Source of the DNA: Octopus sinensis
Taxonomy: Eukaryota
NCBI RefSeq assembly: GCF_006345805.1
Contig: NW_021828126.1
Span: forward strand, 1 to 9,057
Direction: 5' to 3'
DNA length: 9,057 bases
Below are positions 7,661 to 9,057 of the stretch, piece by piece (position 1 is the first letter of the stretch; each line of letters starts with the position of its first letter). The notes under the pieces are model-generated. The model ran no database searches. It was not told the DNA's origin and saw only the letters and a program-made list of their open reading frames with translations. Made by a program: the position numbers and the translations under genes.

Positions 7661-7995
7661 CATAGCTGGAACGCTTTTGATCTTCGGTGTGTTCGATCAT
7701 AGTGGAACAGACTCTGAACAACAACGATGACAACGATGATGACGACACCAACAAGAAGAACAACAACGATAACAACGACAGTAACACAAACTGTAGCCGC
7801 AGTAACAGCAACAACAACAACAAATGCGGTTGATCATAACTGGAACACCTTTGATCATAGATCTGCTTGATCAGTGATGACCTGGGGTTAAACAACAACA
7901 ACAAAGACGTGTTCATAACAGCTGGAATAGCTTTGATCACAGATCTGCTTGATCAGAGCTGTCCGGGGGCTTAAACTAGAACAATAACAACAACA
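7661..7995 (+). repeat. Three tandem, degenerate short units each ending in a (CAA)n tail
   Basis: CTTTGATCATAGATCTGCTTGATCAG (7849-7874) matches CTTTGATCACAGATCTGCTTGATCAG (7931-7956) at 25/26. Each is followed by ...GGGG(C)TTAAAC and (CAA)n. A weaker copy lies at ~7661-7725. Confidence 0.65.
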
Positions 7996-8586
7996 TCATC
8001 ATTTTCACCATCATGAGGAAAAAAACAACAAAAACTGCAACTTAAAATGTCATTGCACTTAAGAGAAACCAATATTTGTTGTAGCTGTCTTATATATCAT
8101 TCAACAAACATATTTGTTTCTCTAGTTATGCCAAATGAGTTGGCTAGATTCCCGAACTTGGCCAAGTCGTGATCATCAATGATATTTTCAGAGAAACATC
8201 GTTATAACATTTTCTCATTCATGAGAAAATACATATTCATATTTCAACAGCAATGTTGAAGCCAGCCACCGAGAGAAGTCTCTATAACGTCGGTTGATCT
8301 GATACAAATAACAGCCAAACTGAGCTCAAACTAATCGTTATCACATTTAAACGAAAGAAAATAGAAATGGCAGGATCCATTGTTGTCCGTAATATTACAA
8401 AAATATAGGTCTGCAGAGTTAACACTGACCGGGGGCTAAATATCAAAAACATTGTGGATTGGACCCATCCGTTTTAGACTCTCATTCTTTATAACCATAA
8501 CATCTTCACGATGCAACGTGGGACTCTATTACATTAAAATCAGCCTGCTAGAAATAGCTCTTAAAGCTTATTGCTCCTCAATGTTC

Positions 8587-8693
8587 TCTAATGAGTGAAA
8601 CAAGTAAAAAGAAAAAAAATAGAAAAAATCGGGGTTGATCCATTCGACTAAAAATTTTTCAAGGCGGTGCCCCAGTATGGCCGCAGTCTAATG
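8587..8693 (+). mobile_element. Two SINE 3'-tail fragments
   Basis: 8587-8611 (TCTAATGAGTGAAACAAGTAAAAAG) matches the SINE terminal tail at ~9031-9053. 8631-8693 matches the subterminal part (GGGGTTGAT...CGACTAAA...GGCGGTG...ATGGCCGCAGTC, 8985-9036). Confidence 0.75.
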
Positions 8694-9057
8694 TAGTTTG
8701 CTTACAAAATTCATGGTTCCGGGCGCAGTACCACTGCGTGACACGACACCTTGGGCAAGTGTCTTCTACTATAGCCTCGGGCCGACCAAAGCTTTGTGGG
8801 TGGATTTGGTAGACGGAAACTGAAAGAAGCCCATCGTATATATGTATATGTATATATATATGTGTGTGTGTGTGTGTATCTTTGTCTGTGTTTGTCCACA
8901 CAACAACGCTTGACAACTGATGGTGGTGTGTTTACGTCCCCGTAACTTAGCGGTTCGGCCAAATGGACCGATGGAATAAGTCCTGGGGTTGATTTGCTCG
9001 ACTAAAGGCGGTGTTCCAGCATGGCCGCAGTCAATGACTGAAACAGTAAAAGAGTAA
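8693..9057 (+). mobile_element. tRNA-derived SINE, same family as 7013-7467, missing the A-box end of the head
   Basis: Shares exact blocks with the reverse complement of 7013-7467 (35 nt CACCTTGGGC...CTCGGG; 32 nt TGGATTTGG...GAAGCCC). It has the same internal TA/TG microsatellite and the tail GAAACAGTAAAAGAGTAA at the window end. Confidence 0.9.

Noticed and set aside
7497-7940. 147-aa minus-strand ORF
   Set aside because: It spans cryptic (AAC/GAC) repeats, a poly-A run and the tandem units. The composition is low-complexity with no domain.
7835-7995. Possible CRISPR-like repeat-spacer pattern
   Set aside because: Only two close units, the intervening sequences are similar to each other and end in (CAA)n, there are no cas genes, and the context is eukaryotic.

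Overview
AT-rich eukaryotic non-coding DNA (intron or intergenic) with no supportable host protein-coding gene. The repeats resemble, from memory, those of Octopus/coleoid cephalopod genomes; this taxon call is an inference. The window is a mosaic of microsatellites and mobile-element debris: several tRNA-derived SINEs (two long copies in inverted orientation), a decayed mariner (DD34D) transposase, a 5'-truncated R4/Dong-type retrotransposon (restriction-like endonuclease end) inside an (AAT)n tract, two copies of an unclassified ~550-bp repeat, a probable hAT terminus and short tandem units with (CAA)n tails. The most notable signal is a Penelope-type minimal hammerhead ribozyme motif (5446-5491). 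It lies in a short module whose 5' part occurs three times in the window, once joined directly to a tRNA-like Pol III head, which suggests a possible tRNA-headed, hammerhead-tailed non-autonomous element. All ORFs in the supplied track are best explained by repeats or chance. Alignments and identities were done by eye.
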